A program made the translations under genes and the position numbers. The notes under the pieces were generated by a model, which was not told where the DNA came from, ran no database searches, and was given only the letters and a program-made list of their open reading frames with translations. A stretch of DNA of 54,737 nt, the filler included, from Sluysia triapertura (taxonomy: Eukaryota): assembly GCA_046118255.1 (NCBI GenBank). It is 4 parts of 4 records of this genome, joined end to end, with 100 filler letters (N's around TTAATTAATTAA, not from the genome) between each part and the next. Parts side by side here need not be neighbours in the genome. Positions count along the whole stretch, not along the records: positions 1 to 12,894 come from JBJNIA010073942.1; positions 12,995 to 26,670 come from JBJNIA010026172.1; 2 more parts are not named here. One strand, 5' to 3'. Positions 1 to 14,257 of the stretch are shown here, one piece after another (the stretch's first letter is position 1; every line of letters begins with the position of its first letter).

Positions 1-75
1 TAGTGTTCGTGATGTAGTTGGTGTAATTGATGGTGATGATGGATGATATGTATGTTGTGTTAAAGTGTGACACCA

Positions 76-2330
76 CAAGCTCCTATTGCGAAATTACTGG
101 CATCTGTTAGTATAAAAGGTTTACTCATATCTGGAAACATTAATATTGGTGCGGTTGTTAATTTCTTTAATTCAATAAATGCCTTTGTTCTTTAGTCCAT
201 TTGAATATTACATTTTTCTGAGTTAATATTCTTAATATTCTTAATAGCTTAATATTCTTAATTGTCAAGCTATTTTAGCAAAATCTTTTACAAATCTTCT
301 GTAGTAATTTGCCAATCCTAAGAAACTTGGAACTTTCTTTACACTATCTGGTTTTACAACTTTCTATATTTTTTGGATTCGGTTTTATGCCTTTTTGTGG
401 AAGTATGTATCCTAAAAATTCAACATGTTCCTCAATCCATACGAATTTAGTTGGTTTGATTTTCAATCTCGCTACTTCTAGTCTTTTAGAGTATTGTCAA
501 TATCAACTACATGTTCAAAATCCTTTGAAAATATTATAATATCATCAATATATACCATTACATTTTTACATCCCGGTAAGACAAAATTCATGCATTTTTG
601 AAATGTTGCTGGTGTTCCTGTTAATCCAAATGACATTTTCTCGCATCCATATAATTCGTCTCCGCAGGAAAAAGCCGTCTATGTTTAACTTTCTCGGCTA
701 TCTATTTGCCAATATACACTTCGAAGATCTAAAATATTTTGCATTTCCTAATTTATCTAACATTTCATCGTATTTCGGTAATGGAAATACGTCTTGTTAT
801 TTTATTTAGTTCTCTAAAATCTATGCAAAATCTCATTGTTCCATCTTTTTTCTTTACTAGTAAAACTGGCGAAAAACTTGGTCTAATAACTCCAGCCTTT
901 TTCATTGTATCTATTTGGTCTTTCATTTCTTGTTGATTACATAATGGAATTCGATAAGGTTTCTTACATATAACTTTATCCTCAATCAATTGAATTTCGT
1001 GTTTAATTATTACAGCATCTCCTATATCATACTTATTCCTTGCTATCGCCCATGGATATCTGTATATGACTTTATATATAATGACTTTATATAATGTTGA
1101 TAAGTTAAATTCTTATTCTTCATAATCTTCTTCATCTTTAATATTTCTTTGTAGTTTTATATTCTTATTCATTGGTTTATCATTTGATACCATATTTATT
1201 TGTGTTTGTAATTTATAATTAACTATTTCTCCAGCATATAACCATTTGTTTTCATCTATATAATTTATTATCCTTATTGGTACATTTCCATCATAAATTT
1301 TACAAACTGAGTCAGCTATTCATATATTTAATTTTTCTTGATTAATTTTTGAAGCGATAAACATTATTGGACCATTTCTCAGATTGTTTTTCCTGGTATT
1401 CTAGATTCGGTTCTACTATGTAACCACCGAGGTTCTTCTAATATTACGTCATCATCATCTGTCGGTCTATCGGTATATGTATCCATTAATTTTGCTTTAT
1501 TAAAATCTAGTGAAACTCCTTTAGTTGAGACATGCCTAATATCATATCTTCAGGGCATTTTCTTATTACTCTACATTTTATTTCAATTTTATTCTGTCCA
1601 ATTTCACATAATATTTTTAATACTCCTAATATCTCAATTTCGTCTCCTGTGAGGTACGAATGTTGTTTAGCTAAATTATTCAGTTCTTTAGTAGTTAATA
1701 ATGATTCACTTATTAAAGAAACTATAGCTCCTGTGTCTACTAATGCGGATAACATTCTTCCATTAACCCTCATATCTACCATGGGTCTTGCAGCATTATA
1801 ATTATTATTCTCACATATCATATAAACTTAATTTCTTTGCGGAGGTTGATAAGGATTTTGTTTTTCTTCATTAATTTGTTCGGAATTACTTGTTCTATAT
1901 TAATTGTTTGTAAAGGAATTTCTTCTGTTTGCTTTCTCTCTTTTTTCAAAGCATTTGGCTGAGCATGAGCATGATGATATAGTAAAAATTTAGCTAAAAA
2001 CGGGAAACACACATCCTATTATTCCGATATTTTATAAATAGCTACAAATCTTATAAATCTTATTATTAAAATAAGTATTTAGTTTTAAGTTTTTTGTGTC
2101 TAAACCTTTCTTTGCTTGCATAATTGTTTTTTCACATAAATAAATTCCTTGATTTCTTGTCCGAATCTAATTACTAACTTTTTTGATACAAATATCAATC
2201 CGTCTTCTTCTTTGTTAGCCATTAAAATTGTTGGAGTTTCCACTTCATTTAGTCTTTTTCTTTCTGATATATCTAAATTATCTTTATAAATTTGTTTCTT
2301 ACCTATTTCTTCTGCAGATAGTTAACCTTC
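76..2330 (-). mobile_element. Degraded Ty3/Gypsy LTR retrotransposon pol (protease - RT - start of RNase H), frameshifted
   Basis: Minus-strand translation gives protease LSALVDTGA (ORF 1507-1821), RT N-terminus KKPYRIP...[23 protein letters not shown] (ORF 765-989), GTPATFQ, catalytic YIDD at 541-552, FLGLANYYRRFVKDFAK, and APILMFPD..KPFILTDAS near 100-155. PR-RT-RH order is Gypsy-type. The boundary on the gag side (~1820-2330) is approximate. Confidence 0.92.
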
Positions 2331-2473
2331 ATTTCATAAATCCGGAAATTAAATTTAATTTAATTTGTTTAAAAAATATTAGTGGGCATTGAAAGTTTTC
2401 TAATTAATATATTAATATAGATTAGAAAACATCATAGTTTCTAATCAAAATATGTTATGAGGATTATAGTTAA

Positions 2474-2862
2474 CAATTTGACCGCCTATTATTTTAATCG
2501 CAGCTATACTTAAACCACCGGCATTTATTTGCATTTTTTGAATTCGAATTTTTTTACAAAAATTATAATTTTTTCAATATGATGGCCCCAAACTGTACCA
2601 ATAAGGTATAGATACTAATTAAAAGGATTTGTTTTTTAATTTTTAGCAAATTTATAATTATATTACATTTAAGTGTATATTTATAATTGTACGTATAAGA
2701 AAATGGCTATATCAGTATCATTTCAATTGACAAGATAAAACATGTAAGACCATCAATACAGATGTGTTGTTAACAAACATGTTACAGATTGCATTAATGC
2801 AACCCCGGCGGTTAGTGGTAGTAGCGTAACATTTCATTTATGCAACGCCGGCGATTTAAGTG
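2474..2862. mobile_element. Putative piggyBac-type MITE
   Basis: Flanked by TTAA (2470-2473, 2863-2866). Imperfect inverted ends CAATTTGACCGCC / GGCGATTTAAGTG and subterminal inverted CCGGC motifs (ACTTAAACCACCGGCATT vs AACGCCGGCGATTTAAGT). Confidence 0.45.
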
Positions 2863-3539
2863 TTAACATTATTTTTGTTTTATTCGTTATGCATCATCAT
2901 ATTTCCTAAATTGCGTGGCATTCTATCCAAATCTCTATGCGATTTTTTAACAAAACTTATCCGATAGTATAATCAAAATATTGTCTAAACAGATAAGTGA
3001 ATAATAAAAAGCGATATTATCTTGAAATGATGTGACAGAACTAACTGCAATAAGTGTTAGGTGAACGATAATTAAATTTTTATATCGAAATATTTTATTG
3101 AAATCTATAATAAATGTACAAAAACTACAAAATCAAAATGTACTTAAAGCTTATAGTTTAAGGAAGGTTGTCCTGTTTCGGGAAAACAAACATCATTGAA
3201 AGATAATGTCATCTACGTAATTACATGAATTGATTAAAGATCTATTTCGGTGAGTTTATTTAAGATGTACCTTGACTAATAATGTCACTGATTCTAATAA
3301 TTCGCTTTCATTTTCATGCATTTTTTCAAGTATTTTTTGTAAACAATTTATTGCATTTGCTAGACAAACTTTAATCTCACATTTTTATTTTTGTTTTTTT
3401 ATTGTACAGGTGCATTTTTGATAATGTACTTTTTACTTTTCAAAAAACGTTTAAGTAATATGTAATTTCAAAATTAGTAAAGAAATTAAAATCAGGTAGA
3501 AAAATGTGAAAAACAATTATTTCATTTTTAATTATTTTA

Positions 3540-3542
<3 letters not shown>

Positions 3543-3591
<49 letters not shown>

Positions 3592-3602
3592 TATTATTAT
3601 TG
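3543..3602. repeat. (TTA)n microsatellite
   Basis: Near-perfect TTA tandem run. Confidence 0.95.
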
Positions 3603-6600
3603 TAAAAATTAAAAAAGGTTTTGTGTTAAAAGAATTTGAATGTGTCTACATGAACTCTTAATCTCTGATAGTAACTTCGTCGAAATTTCTCTGTTTTATG
3701 GTATGCCTTACATGATTTGAGCTTTAAAACTTTATCTGAAAATGCAAATCAAGATTCAAGAGATTAAATTATTAATATCAATATACTCTGTATCGCTATA
3801 ATAATTCTAATTTATATGGAGGTATAATTTGTTATTAATGTACACTTCAAGTGATATCTATACTCTATATATTACATTTACCTTATCTGGAGGTATAAAT
3901 TCGAATACTCGTCTCAATTATTCGAGATAGAAGTGCTTATAATTTTATTCCTTAAAAATCGTATATGAATTCAGTTCCTACTAAACCTTGATTAATTATG
4001 TATAATTAATTTTATTTGTACTCTATTCAATTTTATTTTTAATACTTTATTTTAATTTAATAATAATTCTAATCTTTTATATTTTATTTATACAACTTTA
4101 ACTTTAAGATTTTAATTTTGCTTTATATTAATAATCTCAGTAAATTTTATTAATCAATAATCTTTCTAGTTTCAATTACTCTGGTAGACTCTATAAATTT
4201 ATTTTAACAATCGAATTTTTGGGTGTTAAATAAGTTTGAGTTATGTGATTTTATAATTTTTTGTAAGAAATTAGTTTTATCTTATTTATCTTTGATAGCC
4301 GAGGATTATGAATATCACAAACGTTCTTAATTAACAAGAGAATAGACTGTATGAAGAGTACGTAATAGAATGGATTTATATTGATGCGATAAAAATAATG
4401 ATTGCAAAAGTTGTTATTGACATGGTTTGAAAGATCTTGAAGATGTATTTGAGTAACAATAACTAGAAAGATAGCATAAAAGAATTTGATTGTGTGAAAT
4501 ATAAAGTGTTCTCAGTGGAAATTTAAAATTATTAAGATAACATTTATAATTCTGATTGGAATTAGATAAACTTTAGTGAAGTATTTCATTTGTTTATAAG
4601 TTACTTTATCATATTCAATGTTAAAAGGATGATAATGATAAATAAAATTAGCATAAAATTGACTAAAACTAATCACGGTTTTGGAAGAAATTAATGACTG
4701 TTGTAGTCCAAGAAAATAGTTAGCAAAGTGATCACCTCGGAATCCATGAATATGACCATTCCAAGCCGAACAGTAGGTTGGATAGTAGCTACATAATCCG
4801 TGTGACATTCCCACTTTGAAAGGAACAAAACTTTTTGCACTAAGACAAAATTTAAAATCTATAAAATCAAAACTGAAAATTTGGGTTATAACATGATCAC
4901 ATTTAACGAAAACCACAGAAAAAGCACAAATTCGTTTTCCTATCTGTGAACAGGTTAAAGTTGTGAAACTGAATCATTCATTAAACTGATATTATCTAAG
5001 TTTTTAAAATCATTATTATGATGAGTAGAAATTCTGATAAAAAGAAAATCCAAGCAATCTCTTTTGATTTTCTTGGGACAAACTTTGAAATTGAAAATGA
5101 TCAAGAGTCGGTCAGACTCTTTAGAATAACTACTAACACTACGTATTACATGAATGTAATTCTGTAGAACATTTGTATTTACAACACTTTATAATCGTTG
5201 ACAAACATATTTGTTAAAGCTAGTGGTAACAGTAGATTTTTTACTAATTGTCATAATTTGAAAACTTGATAAACATTTAGTAAAGGTTTCGTGCAAACCA
5301 AAATATCAACAATGAAGGTTATACAAAACATTAAATAACACTGATAAAGCTTCAATGTTTGAAAAATAGCAATTTGTTTCACACATCACCAAAATGATTC
5401 GAATAACACCAGCCGACTTGAAAACATCACATCAAAACTCACTATCTTCTGCAATTCTATCAAAAATTTTATAAAGATAAAGTATAACATATTGCACAAG
5501 TTTTGTGTGAGCACTGTCTGAAACAGTTTCATTGATTGGCACTATTTTCCATTAATTTTGAAAAATTTCTTGAAAATAAGTATCTTAATTACTTAATGTT
5601 AGCTTGTAAGCCTGAAACAATGAATCATATCTTTTGATGACAATATTGGTCGAAAATCCTTCTTGAAAGAGAAACATAACTTCATAAGTCCAATTTTACT
5701 TTTCACCAGCTTTAAAAATTTTGGACATTTTAAAAAAAAACAAAATTTTAACATTTTTTAAAATGTGAAATATTAAAACAAAAACTTATAATAAATACAA
5801 ATTATAATGTACACAAAAGTTATTCTTTTTCTTAACACAATGCATACATTGTACATTTATACATTATATACTTTATAATACAATCTTTAACTAAATTTAT
5901 CACAAAACTTATAGCATTAAAAGGTTTTACAAAGAGTCCTATTTCAACATTTTTAAAATATAAACATCTACATAATAAATTAGAATTTCAGGCGTGTTGC
6001 CAAAGTGGACGAAGGAAGCAATATCAACAAGAACACGTATGATATAATTTGTAGATTACTATAATTTTATATATTAATGATTCAGTTATTATGAATTTTG
6101 TAAGTTGAGTGAAATGTGATAAAGTTGTGAGGTGGATGAAATGTTTATGAATGAGGTTGTAGTTTTGCTTATGTTTATTTATGTGTTTAACAACAAAAAT
6201 GAGGTGTACAGCTGTGGCACTACAATGCCCAATTACTAGAGTCATTAATCACTTTTATTTAGATAATGCTTTATGTGAAAGTGAATTTTCATGTGATTAA
6301 GAAAAATTGCAAAGATGTTTTAAGAGGGTTATTGTTTTATAGGAAATTTGTAATCTAAGGGTTTATGTTATGACATATGGAACTTAATGTGTTGTGAATG
6401 GTGCATTTAATTTATTTCTGTTTTATGTGGATAATGTAATATGCAACTTTGAATTATTAGGTGAACCTTTATTTTTATTTAGTTAAACCAAAAAACCAAT
6501 ATCTTACCTTGTAACAAAAGAATTAAAGTGTAATCAGTTAATTATTACGCGAATGTGATTTTTTTGGTAAATTTTGCTTCGATAGTAATCGCTAAATTTG

Positions 6601-7525
6601 TTGGGTTATCATTTTCGCTTCGACAGAGATCGCTAAAGTTGTTTAAAGTTGTTTAATAAATTTTGCTACAATGGAGATCGTTTAAATTGTTTGTTCCAAT
6701 AAGGATTGGTAAAAAATGTGTCCAACCGTTAAATTGTTCTTGTTATTATACTTTTCTGGTTTATTAATGAAGATAGCAAAATAACATAACAAATAATTAA
6801 TATTATTGTCAACTAAGTATAAATAATTATAAGATAAAATTAATAATACATGAAATTCATTATCAATATAAATAGTTAGAACACAAAATTTATTATTGAT
6901 ATACAAGATTTGCCAATAACTATAAGATACAATTATTAGTTTAATACACAAAATTTATTATTTAATTACTAAATAAGTTGTTAAATTACTGATACATAAG
7001 GTATTATTATTATTAATATTAACATTATAATTGGTTTTTTGGTTTTATATGATTTTACTTTTAATTTTTTTATTTGTTAATTTTATGCAATCTTAAATTA
7101 ATCTTTGTCGATTACAATGCTTTTAAATATTACAATACTTCTATCTATTCTATCTCATCTCTTATTTAAGTTATAATGTTATTAAGATATAATGTTATTA
7201 AATTTTAATTGTACGTCATCTTTATTTAATTCTAATTTAATACGATTTATTTTATTTTAAAACAATGAAGTCTAATGTTTATAAATTTTGATTTCTCATT
7301 GTCTCTATTTAATCTCAATTTAAGTTAATTATTATTTATAGTTTCAATTTCAATAATTGTTATTCGCTATTAAATTTTGATTTCATAATATTCTTAAATA
7401 ATCTCAATTTAAGATAATTTTAAAGCATTATAATCGTAATAATTATCAATTTAAATTTACAAATTTTACATATTATCTTATATTTTATTATTAAATTGAA
7501 AATTATGTTGAAAGGATTTATATTA

Positions 7526-7526
<1 letters not shown>

Positions 7527-7590
<64 letters not shown>
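7527..7590. repeat. (TTA)n microsatellite
   Basis: TTA tandem run. Confidence 0.95.
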
Positions 7591-7591
<1 letters not shown>

Positions 7592-8548
7592 GTTTTAATT
7601 TTTTTGTTTCAATGTTTAGAGATCAAAAAGTTAAATTTTCTTTAATATTTTATAATTACAAAAAAAATCCATTATTTTTTACTATATGGTTTTGAAACAT
7701 ATTTGAATATTTTGTGATATCCAGAGCTTTAAGTATAGTTTTAAACATTTATAATTATTAAAATTACATTAATATTTGCTATACAATGTAATGTAATGTG
7801 AATTTTCTTTTTATTCCATTAGAAAATACGATAATTTACGTGCTATTAAATGGATAAATTCATTTTTTGATAAATTTATCTAATGAATTTAATTTAATTT
7901 TTACACTATTATCTTTAGATCTGATTAATTAATTTTAAAATATGTTCTTCGAAATCTTATTATTTTTTAATTTTATTATTATAATAATCACTTATTATAA
8001 TTATTACTTTTATTACTATTATAATTTATTATTATCACAATAATAAAAAATCCGTAATACGATAGAAGTTAGTATTAGAAGTAAGTATTTTAATAACACA
8101 AAATTAATAAAAATTACCTAGTTACAAAAGCGAATATTTACTGTTACTTGATATCTAATTTAATGATATCCAACTTAAGAGGAACACTTGAATCGATACG
8201 ATAAAAGCAAACCGGACTAAGCATCCTGCAAATGAAGATGTTAAAATTTATAGAACCAGAAACTCCATTTAAGAACACTGCTACTTAATTTTGAAGTGGT
8301 TACGAATCCATGATTCTGCTTTTACCTGAATAAAGAAGAAAAGAAATAGAACTAAAGAAAAAATGCTCATTAATGTTACATATAATGATGTTACTAGTGT
8401 TTTTCATTATGGTGTTGAATATTGTGAAGGTTGTAAAGGTTTATGGGGGCTGTGTTCTGGTATTTTTGTACTGAGTCTAAAATTTGTTGTTTGAGTATTG
8501 TAATTTGTGTGCAGTAAAAATTTTACTGATATTATTTTTATCTAGTCT

Positions 8549-8602
8549 GCCCAATCAGAGTGTTTTTAAAATTAATGAGAATAATTTGGACTCTGATTGG
8601 GC
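8549..8602. repeat. Perfect 13-bp inverted repeat containing CCAAT boxes
   Basis: GCCCAATCAGAGT (8549-8561) and ACTCTGATTGGGC (8590-8602). Confidence 0.85.
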
Positions 8603-8938
8603 GATGATGAATTGATTTTTATTTAACTGCAAACCATCATCAGTAGTGAAGTGTAAATGACAGATGTGAATGAGATGTTACAACTGACGATGGTGACAAC
8701 AAATTTCGATTTAATTTATTTTGTAAAAATAATTAATAATAACAATAAAAACAACAGCAATAATGATAACAATAATAATAATAATAATAACAATATTAAT
8801 GATAATAAAAATGGAGAAATTATTGTTATTATTACGTAATTTAAATACATAAATCCTTATTCTATTAAACATGATCTTTTCTGTATATCTTTTTCTTTTC
8901 TTACATATATGAAATAAAAAGGAATAAGACAAATGTTG

Positions 8939-9002
8939 TACTGCGAAGGAACAACAACAACTAAGTGTATAATGTATCGTTGGTGGTTGTTGCTTCGCAG
9001 TA
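8939..9002. repeat. 64-bp hairpin / mini-MITE flanked by TA
   Basis: Arms TACTGCGAAGGAACAACAACAAC and GTTGGTGGTTGTTGCTTCGCAGTA are near-complementary. Confidence 0.75.
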
Positions 9003-12000
9003 TGATAATGAAATCTTTAAAGTTTTATTAACTTTGTTTTTTACAGATGTAATGGTTTAGGTTGTAAGTGAAGTGAAGAGTGTTAGAATAATTTATTGAA
9101 ACTTATTTGAGGTTTATACTTTGAAAACAATATTTATGCATTGAATTTAATGGTTTTAAATGCCTGCTGAAAGGCTGAAGTTGTTTTAATTTTGAATGAT
9201 GATTACAAAATAAGTCTTAACCATGAATATGTGTATGTGATTGAAGGTTTTGATATAAATGATCTATGTTTCAAAGGTATTTGTTAGGGTTATTTGGTAA
9301 AACTGTTATGTTTAGGGTTTGTGAAGGTTTCTCTTATGATTGTGATTTGTTTGTTGAAATATTTAGTGAATGAATGTTATATATTGTTTGAGCTGAATGT
9401 CGAAGTTTGTTATGTTATAGATGGTTGAGATATTAGTTAATTTGTTGGTGTACATGAGTTAATGAGGTGTTGTGATTATCGAATGTTGTTTTATGATGTT
9501 TGGGTTGATGTAATTCGAAAGTAGAAAATATGATTATTGTGAAAATTGCATTTTAGTGAAATTTGATTTATGAATATTAGATTTCGTATTTTGATTAGGT
9601 TTGAATTATGAGTGTTGACCACTACAATGCTGTTATGAGAAGAAATGTCATCTTGTCTTCTATATAATTAGTTGTTAAGACATCTTGACACAAATGTGTT
9701 GACTCTACAACAGAAACATACTTATCTAAAAACGTAAAAAATAGATTTAGTAAATTTTGAATTATTATCGAATTTACATTTTCATTTACAATCGCCAGTA
9801 CTAAGTTACAAAAACGAAAATAATCTTTTTAAACAATATTTCAGATCATAAAATACGACATTTCTGTCGGGTTTAACATGTTTCATGGTATTGAAATCTT
9901 AAAAAATTCAACACAAAGTCTTTATTTATTTCATATGATGTTGCATATGAAATTGGCAATTTTAAACAACAGACAGTTGTTAAGTAAAATAATAATCATC
10001 ACCAGTTATTTTCAAAATCTTAATTCAAGTATCTCCTATCTTCCAGGAGAAGTGATCACTTGTGGTAGATATTCATATACTATTTTACTAAGTTTATGAT
10101 ATGTCTTATTTTTACAACAAACTTTGTTGACCGTGATTAATTAGTTTTAATTTATGTAATTTTTAGCTTTAATTGTTTCAGGAAACGATAATGAATTATT
10201 CGAGTTTTGGAATCCATTTAGGATACCATTGTAAAAGCAACTCATTGGTTTCAGAGATTTTTCGAATTTGTTTATTCTTTGATAAGAAAGGCAAATATCT
10301 AATTCTTATATTTTTCCTTTTCATTCAATTCATGTGGTACTCAAAGAAACTGAAAATTGTAACATCTACAAAAACGGAATAATATTTTACTTCAATGTGA
10401 TATATCGAACTTATATTTAAAAATCCTTAATTATTCTTAATTTAACACAGAAAAGATCCACACAATAAATTTCTTGCTTAATTTACTTTGAAGAAAATTA
10501 AATTAAATTATTAATAAAAGTAACTTGTAATAAATTAACTTTGTAGTATTAATTAATTCAAATATTTTGTGATTGAATTATACGAGAAAATGATGAAATT
10601 TACACATTATGGTCCGAAGTAATAAATGTATGATTTAAAAATTATTTTTTTCACAAAAATGAAATATTGTTTTAAACAAAGATCTCACAAACGATAAAAC
10701 TAAAATAATTATTTTCATTTATTTTATAGCTAATCAAAAACATACAAATAATACGTAAAAATTAATAACAATAACTTGAAGCACACTAAAAATGAAAAAT
10801 TTATCGTATTTATTTGTACATCATAAAATAAAATAAAATAAATATAAAGTATCATTAAGTAATAATAATGATGATAAATTGGATAATGTCTATTAATTTC
10901 CTTTTTCAATAAAATAATATTTTTAGTTTTTAAAAGTAAACTCTGTTTTATTTAATAATAAAAATAAATACGATTTTGCATTGTAAATTATTTATTCAAA
11001 AAAGAAAATTAAAATAGCTTAAATATATTTGAGATGAATTAGAAATATAATCTTTTTAATACTATCATATGTGATTTATTGTTATTATTATGATTATGAT
11101 TATTATTATTATTAGCAGCATTAGTAGTAGTATTAGTATTAGTATTTATTATTATTATTAATATTATTATTATTCTTTCCAAATAATTCAGTAAACAACT
11201 AGGACATATCAAATAGTAAAGTATAAATAAATTGAACAAAGATATGTCATGTTTAATTTGTCTTTTTATTTAAGAATCTTTATTCATATTATTCATAAAG
11301 AAAAGCTTTCATTTCATACTTTTGTCTAATTTCCATTACATTTATTGACTATCATAATTTGCTAATTGGTATATATATAATGCACCAATCGACATTGTAT
11401 TATTTAAATATTTCAAGATTTCGATACAAAATGCGTATTTTATAAACAACAAATTGTTACAATTACAATAGGACATGCGTAATCGATTGTAAAATTACGA
11501 ATATTTTTGAATACAAGTGTATCATGTATTGTACATTTTTAGAATGACTAGAGAAGAAATCATCACAAATAATTAAAAGTATAAATGACTGTTTCCGTAT
11601 CAACGAACTATTTAGTTCAATGAATAAAAAAGGCTTTTTAAGATTCTATAAACTGTTTTATTAAATTTAAATTACTGGAGTAATCTCACTTTGTATGAAC
11701 AATGACCATTTAATTGGCTCGTAACTTAATGTGGTTCGATTGATGATCAATTTATCACTCATATTATTAGTACTTTATTTATCAACCAGACTATATTTAA
11801 TTTTTGCTAAACGATATGGAGTAATTATAATTTTTTATAATGCTAAGAAATTTACAAGTAACGAATTTAAAAATTTTATTTAGAACTCTAACATTTAAAT
11901 TAACAAATTTAATAAACTCTTTAGGCTTAAGGCATTTAACAACAATTTAAAAAATCATTAGCAACCAAACAACGAAATTAACTACTATTATTTATTATTT

Positions 12001-12775
12001 TTTATTATACAACAAATATAAATGTACGTACAAATGGATAATATTGATAATAATACTACAAGGGAAAATGTAGATTTTGCAATCATATAAAACTTATATA
12101 AATAAATATAACTTTTAAATTTAAATATAAATAAACATATTTAATTGTATTATTTTAATTTTGTTTAAAAGTATTTGTTACACTATTAACTGTTTTACTC
12201 AGGACATTTTCGTGATACATTTTTTCTATGCGATCAAAATGAGAACAAGAAATGTAATAATAACATTTATTTAAACAATCGCATAAAGATATAAATTCTG
12301 TTAGAATAATACTTTTAATCTGACAATTACAAACAATATCAAAAGTTGGCAACCAGTCTTTTTCACGACTAGAAAAAGAAGGGAGTGAAATTTCTTGATC
12401 ATATGTATATTATTTGGTTTTTTATATAAATTTCCAAAGCAAATATAAATTTAAAAAATTTCTCAGTGATTTATATCATAGCAGTAGACAAAGGTACAGG
12501 TTTTTACGAACAACGGGATTGTCTGCATTAACGATGTCTTTAATATTTTAGAAATTCATCGAATGTATCGAGGAAAAGAACTATCCCTTAATACTTAATA
12601 ACCACAAATTAAGTATATTATATCAAATAATAAAAAAAATTTACTTTATACAATTAATTAAACAAAATAATGAATTATATCGAATTTTATAAAAATAATA
12701 TAAACAAAATAGTATAAGAGAGTATAACAAAAAAGTATAATAAAAGTTATAAATTAGGGTTTAAAAAATAAATGA

Positions 12776-12780
<5 letters not shown>

Positions 12781-12813
<33 letters not shown>
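12781..12813. repeat. (TA)n microsatellite
   Basis: TA dinucleotide run. Confidence 0.95.
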
Positions 12814-12816
<3 letters not shown>

Positions 12817-12894
12817 TATAAAACTTTGTCACGGAACTCAGGAAAACTTTGCGTTTGCATGTGAAATGAAAGAAAATCACAAAGAAATTATTTC

Positions 12895-12994
12895 NNNNNN
12901 NNNNNNNNNNNNNNNNNNNNNNNNNNNNNNNNNNNNNNTTAATTAATTAANNNNNNNNNNNNNNNNNNNNNNNNNNNNNNNNNNNNNNNNNNNN
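12895..12994. other. Artificial contig linker (N44-TTAATTAATTAA-N44)
   Basis: The same 100-bp construct occurs three times; the 12-mer puts stop codons in all six frames. Confidence 0.95.
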
Positions 12995-13091
12995 GATAAA
13001 AAGGTTTTTATGTCAGTGATAAAGTTTTAAAGTTATTCACATTTTTCTTCCCATGGGGGGTAAAATTACCCTCCAGGTTGACTGACAAAGG
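12995..13091. mobile_element. End of a putative piggyBac-type MITE, cut by the gap
   Basis: Subterminal GGGGGGTAAAATTACCCTCC palindrome, then terminus ...GACAAAGG followed by TTAA (13092-13095). Confidence 0.4.
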
Positions 13092-14257
13092 TTAATGCCA
13101 AAGATAAATTTTTAATAAAGAAATTATTAAAAAATTAATAAACAAATTATTTAAAAATATTTTGATGAATAATTATCAATTTTTTCGGAAAAATAAAAGC
13201 AATTTATAAAACAAACTACTTAAACGAGAACTCATTTGTCTTACTAGTCTGCAAAATCAGGAACCTCTCTGCGACATATGTCGAAACATTTGAAAAGTTT
13301 ATCAGACAAACATAAAATCCTTTAATTGGAATTTGATTTAATTTAATGTCCACGTAAGTTTTTTTGTGAATAAGTTTATCTACAATATTAGAATTAAAAT
13401 ATAATTAAATTGTTTTTTCATTTTCACGCCCAAGAATTACTCCTGGGTTAAACTATATTTCTAAAATCTGTTTATTGTGTTTCATTCACTTTAAATACTT
13501 TACGCGCATAGGAATTTCATTTTATAAACAAAAAAATCTTGAAATCACGTATTTAAATCGTTGACTTCAAGCGAACACGTTAATCAAATTTATATTTGCT
13601 AGAGTATAAGTTGTTAGGAAATATAATAAATCTCAGCAATTAAATCATAAAAGACACTGAATAGTTCGATTACTGTGAATGGTATGTGTTACAAAGAAAA
13701 CATTTCAACAATGATACAGCTATAAGGAGTTTGTGGTTATGAACTGAATATCTCTTTCTTTGAATCTTAATTGATGGAAGTTATGTAAGAAGTCTCATAA
13801 TACTTTATTTTTTAAAGAATTTAAATACTATCACAATATATCAAAATTAAAAGCAAAATTCTTTCTAATTTTAAAGTATCATAATGAATTATTGTGTATT
13901 AAGCATATTTCAGTACGCCACAGAAGAACATAACCTGTTATTAAAATGTAATGAAGTGCAGAGAAGATGTAGAATGAAAATCGAAAGTGTGTAATATTTA
14001 TATTGGGAATGAATCAAATTGTGTAATTTAAAGTGTTTGCATGTGGAATTTCAATAAAATTATAAGTTTGGTTTTGAATCACCACACGAATTATAACTGC
14101 CATGCGTAAACCAAATAAGAACCCTAACTAAATAATAACTGCGACCAATTAATAGTTTTATTTAACTTATAACTTCGTTCAACTTTTGAACAAGATTGTG
14201 AGAGTGATTAATTTTCAATCTTTCATATTTCTGATTTATTCATATATTATTTTACAG

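Noticed and set aside
309-1801. Plus-strand ORFs at 309, 603, 739 and 1532
   Set aside because: Antisense shadows of the Gypsy pol remnant.
8657-11239. Poly-N / poly-I ORFs at 8657, 8711 and 11039
   Set aside because: Translations of AAT/ATT microsatellites with no other coding signal.
12155-12590. Coding-like minus-strand stretch (possible decayed gene)
   Set aside because: Interrupted and not assignable to a family; the same holds for 4500-5750, 9880-10380 and 35750-36650.
12939-12950. Repeated TTAATTAATTAA as a biological motif
   Set aside because: Always centred in exactly 100 bp of N; an assembly linker.
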